A stretch of 56,716 nt of DNA from a virus (lineage: Duplodnaviria > Caudoviricetes), in the IMG/VR virus record IMGVR_UViG_3300025407_000978, positions 1-56,716 of that record; one strand, given 5' to 3'. The notes under the pieces are model-generated. The model was not told where the DNA came from and did no database searches. It was given only the letters and a program-made list of their open reading frames with translations. The position numbers and the translations under genes were made by a program. This document shows positions 54,944-56,716 of this stretch, piece after piece (within the stretch, counting starts at the first letter, position 1; each line of letters begins with the position of its first letter).

Positions 54944-56716
54944 CTAGTATGTCATTGCTGTTATTCTTCTAGGACCTTTGCTTTTAAAAGGTCCATATTC
55001 TTCTTCGTATGTTCCCCTTGGCATTCCACCGCCACCAACACCCGCGCTACCGCCGCCCATGCCAGTGCTATTAGTTTCTTCTAATGATGCCATACCAACG
55101 CCAACTAAGAAACTTGCCAATACATATTTGATTGCTGATTTCCAGTCTTTTTTATTAACTATGCTTACCATTGTTGGTATAACAGTGTTTAATATACCTT
55201 GCAATAATACATTTGTTTCACGTGGACTTAAATCATGTCCACTAGCAAAGCCAAGTATTTTGCCTGCAAGTATAGCCCTTACTGCTGTGATAACTCCACC
55301 TTGAATCATTGGGTTTTCACGTGCTTTGTTTAATACAGATATTACTTTCTTTTTAATTCTAGCATCAGTAGCTTGACCGATTAATTCTTGTGCTTTACTA
55401 TCAAAATCTTTTACAGGTTTTGCACTAGTGCCGTTAAGTGTGTTTTTATAAAAGTCAACAATTGTATCAGTTAATTTGTCTGTGTTTATTGCTGATTCTT
55501 TATCTTCTGTAACAATTTCTTTTTTAACTTCTATTTTTACATTAGGATTCTTTTCTTGCATGTAATCCAATAATGATTTTAATTCAGTTATATCATTTAT
55601 ACCAAAATACATTACAGGTTTATTGTTAGCATAAACTACACGATATTCTTTTTTCTGTGTTTGTGGATTATATAAACCTATTGTACGTGCTTCTTCTACT
55701 TCTACACTTGATTTTATTTTAACGTCAGCCTTAGGATTTGCTTTTTTGTAATCTTTTACTAACTCTTGCATAGCATCAAGATTCTTCATAGTAATTTTTG
55801 GTTTACCATCGATCATTAAAGTATAATAAGGAACATTTGGATCAAACTTTTCAGTTTGAATACCTTTCATAATTGCACTTTCTTTATAACCAGCTGGAAC
55901 GGCTTTATAATTTACAGCGTTATCAAAACTATCCATTTCTTTTAAACCAGCTGGTTTAGCTTTGAACAAACGATATGATTGTCCTGCTGCACCACCTTGT
56001 CCGCCGCCTGCATATGAAGTATCTTCGTTTTTTGGCTTTTTGCCAGCTTTTTTCATAGCGATAGCAATAGCTGCTTGTTGTGCTGGATTTGCTGCCTCAT
56101 GTGTATTCATTTTTTCTGATTCAATATAATCAACCATATCTTCAAATGGTTCAGTTGCTGCTTTAAAGAAAGCATTTTCTAAGTCATAAACAGATTGTTT
56201 AGCATCTGTTAAATGATAGTCTAAGTCAACACCTGCACTTTTAGCAATTTGATCAACTTGTCCTAAGACATTAATCAAATCACCTTCATAATTTTTTACA
56301 GCTTTTGCTGTTTGTAGGGCTTTTTGTTGTGCCGCTTTTACTTTAGCTATTTGATTTGGGTCAACAGCTTCATCCATAACACTTTCGCTTTTATTGCCCC
56401 AGTTACTAGCACCAGCTTTGCGGCACTTAACTAATGCACCACTTGCATATGCACTGGGCCATACTTTATAACGGCGCTTGACTTTGTAATAGCAGGCATC
56501 TTTCTTTTCGTTAATCATATCTTCACTGACTAACTCACCACCACAATGTGGACATTTTTCTTCCGCCACACCTTCTGATGCTCTAATAGCATGACCACGT
56601 TGATCAACTTTTACTAATTTTCCACCTATGCGTTCGGCGTGAGCCTTGGCTTCTTCGCCTTGATGTAATTTATATGGAGTATTGAATTCATTCTTTTTAG
56701 GAGACTGTACAGACCA
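54944..56716 (-). CDS. Large modular, probably virion-associated protein (5' end outside the window)
   Basis: Frame is open from the window end through EGVAE to 54944; unrelated modules separated by Glu-ending linkers; contains DACYYKVK.RYKVWPSAYASGALVKCRK. Confidence 0.75.
   Translation of the reverse strand, partial: WSVQSPKKNEFNTPYKLHQGEEAKAHAERIGGKLVKVDQRGHAIRASEGVAEEKCPHCGGELVSEDMINEKKDACYYKVKRRYKVWPSAYASGALVKCRKAGASNWGNKSESVMDEAVDPNQIAKVKAAQQKALQTAKAVKNYEGDLINVLGQVDQIAKSAGVDLDYHLTDAKQSVYDLENAFFKAATEPFEDMVDYIESEKMNTHEAANPAQQAAIAIAMKKAGKKPKNEDTSYAGGGQGGAAGQSYRLFKAKPAGLKEMDSFDNAVNYKAVPAGYKESAIMKGIQTEKFDPNVPYYTLMIDGKPKITMKNLDAMQELVKDYKKANPKADVKIKSSVEVEEARTIGLYNPQTQKKEYRVVYANNKPVMYFGINDITELKSLLDYMQEKNPNVKIEVKKEIVTEDKESAINTDKLTDTIVDFYKNTLNGTSAKPVKDFDSKAQELIGQATDARIKKKVISVLNKARENPMIQGGVITAVRAILAGKILGFASGHDLSPRETNVLLQGILNTVIPTMVSIVNKKDWKSAIKYVLASFLVGVGMASLEETNSTGMGGGSAGVGGGGMPRGTYEEEYGPFKSKGPRRITAMTY

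Noticed and set aside
1-56716. CRISPR array, tRNA or rRNA genes
   Set aside because: Intergenic gaps are short and I saw no regularly spaced repeats or cloverleaf motifs; a tRNAscan/CRISPR scan would be needed to exclude them fully
1-56716. Stop-codon reassignment as in some jumbo phages
   Set aside because: Conserved genes are full length under the standard code and TAA, TAG and TGA all end genes

Overview
AT-rich, gene-dense segment of a large T4-like (jumbo/huge) phage genome. Genes lie mostly on the minus strand and read normally with the standard code. Core replication and repair genes are a family-B DNA polymerase, a sliding clamp, a DsbA-like protein, an RNase H/5'-3' exonuclease and UvsE. 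Four accessory blocks stand out. (1) About 11.8-25.5 kb: a 7-deazaguanine DNA-modification cluster (DpdA-like transglycosylase, FolE, QueD, QueE and a second T-fold protein with an LxxxHRHxF DpdL-type motif). No QueC is in the window, and the cluster is interleaved with two GT4-type glycosyltransferases, a GalE-like epimerase and a purine phosphoribosyltransferase. (2) About 33.7-42.5 kb: three tandem glycosyltransferase-like paralogs plus a ferritin-like / glutamine amidotransferase / sulfotransferase-like / methyltransferase cluster of unknown product. (3) About 42.5-50.1 kb: a curli-type module (CsgF, CsgG, two curlin-repeat proteins) in one operon with a FecR-domain protein, a CHASE2 adenylate cyclase and a lipase. 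(4) Scattered late genes with T4 capsid-targeting-like N-termini, plus a Glu-punctuated polyprotein-like gene at the right edge. There are three free-standing homing endonucleases; one sits between two copies of its neighbour's 3' end. I found several small ORFs missing from the ORF track and a homopolymer frameshift. No tRNA, rRNA or CRISPR array was recognised. All product calls come from motif recognition by eye, not database searches.
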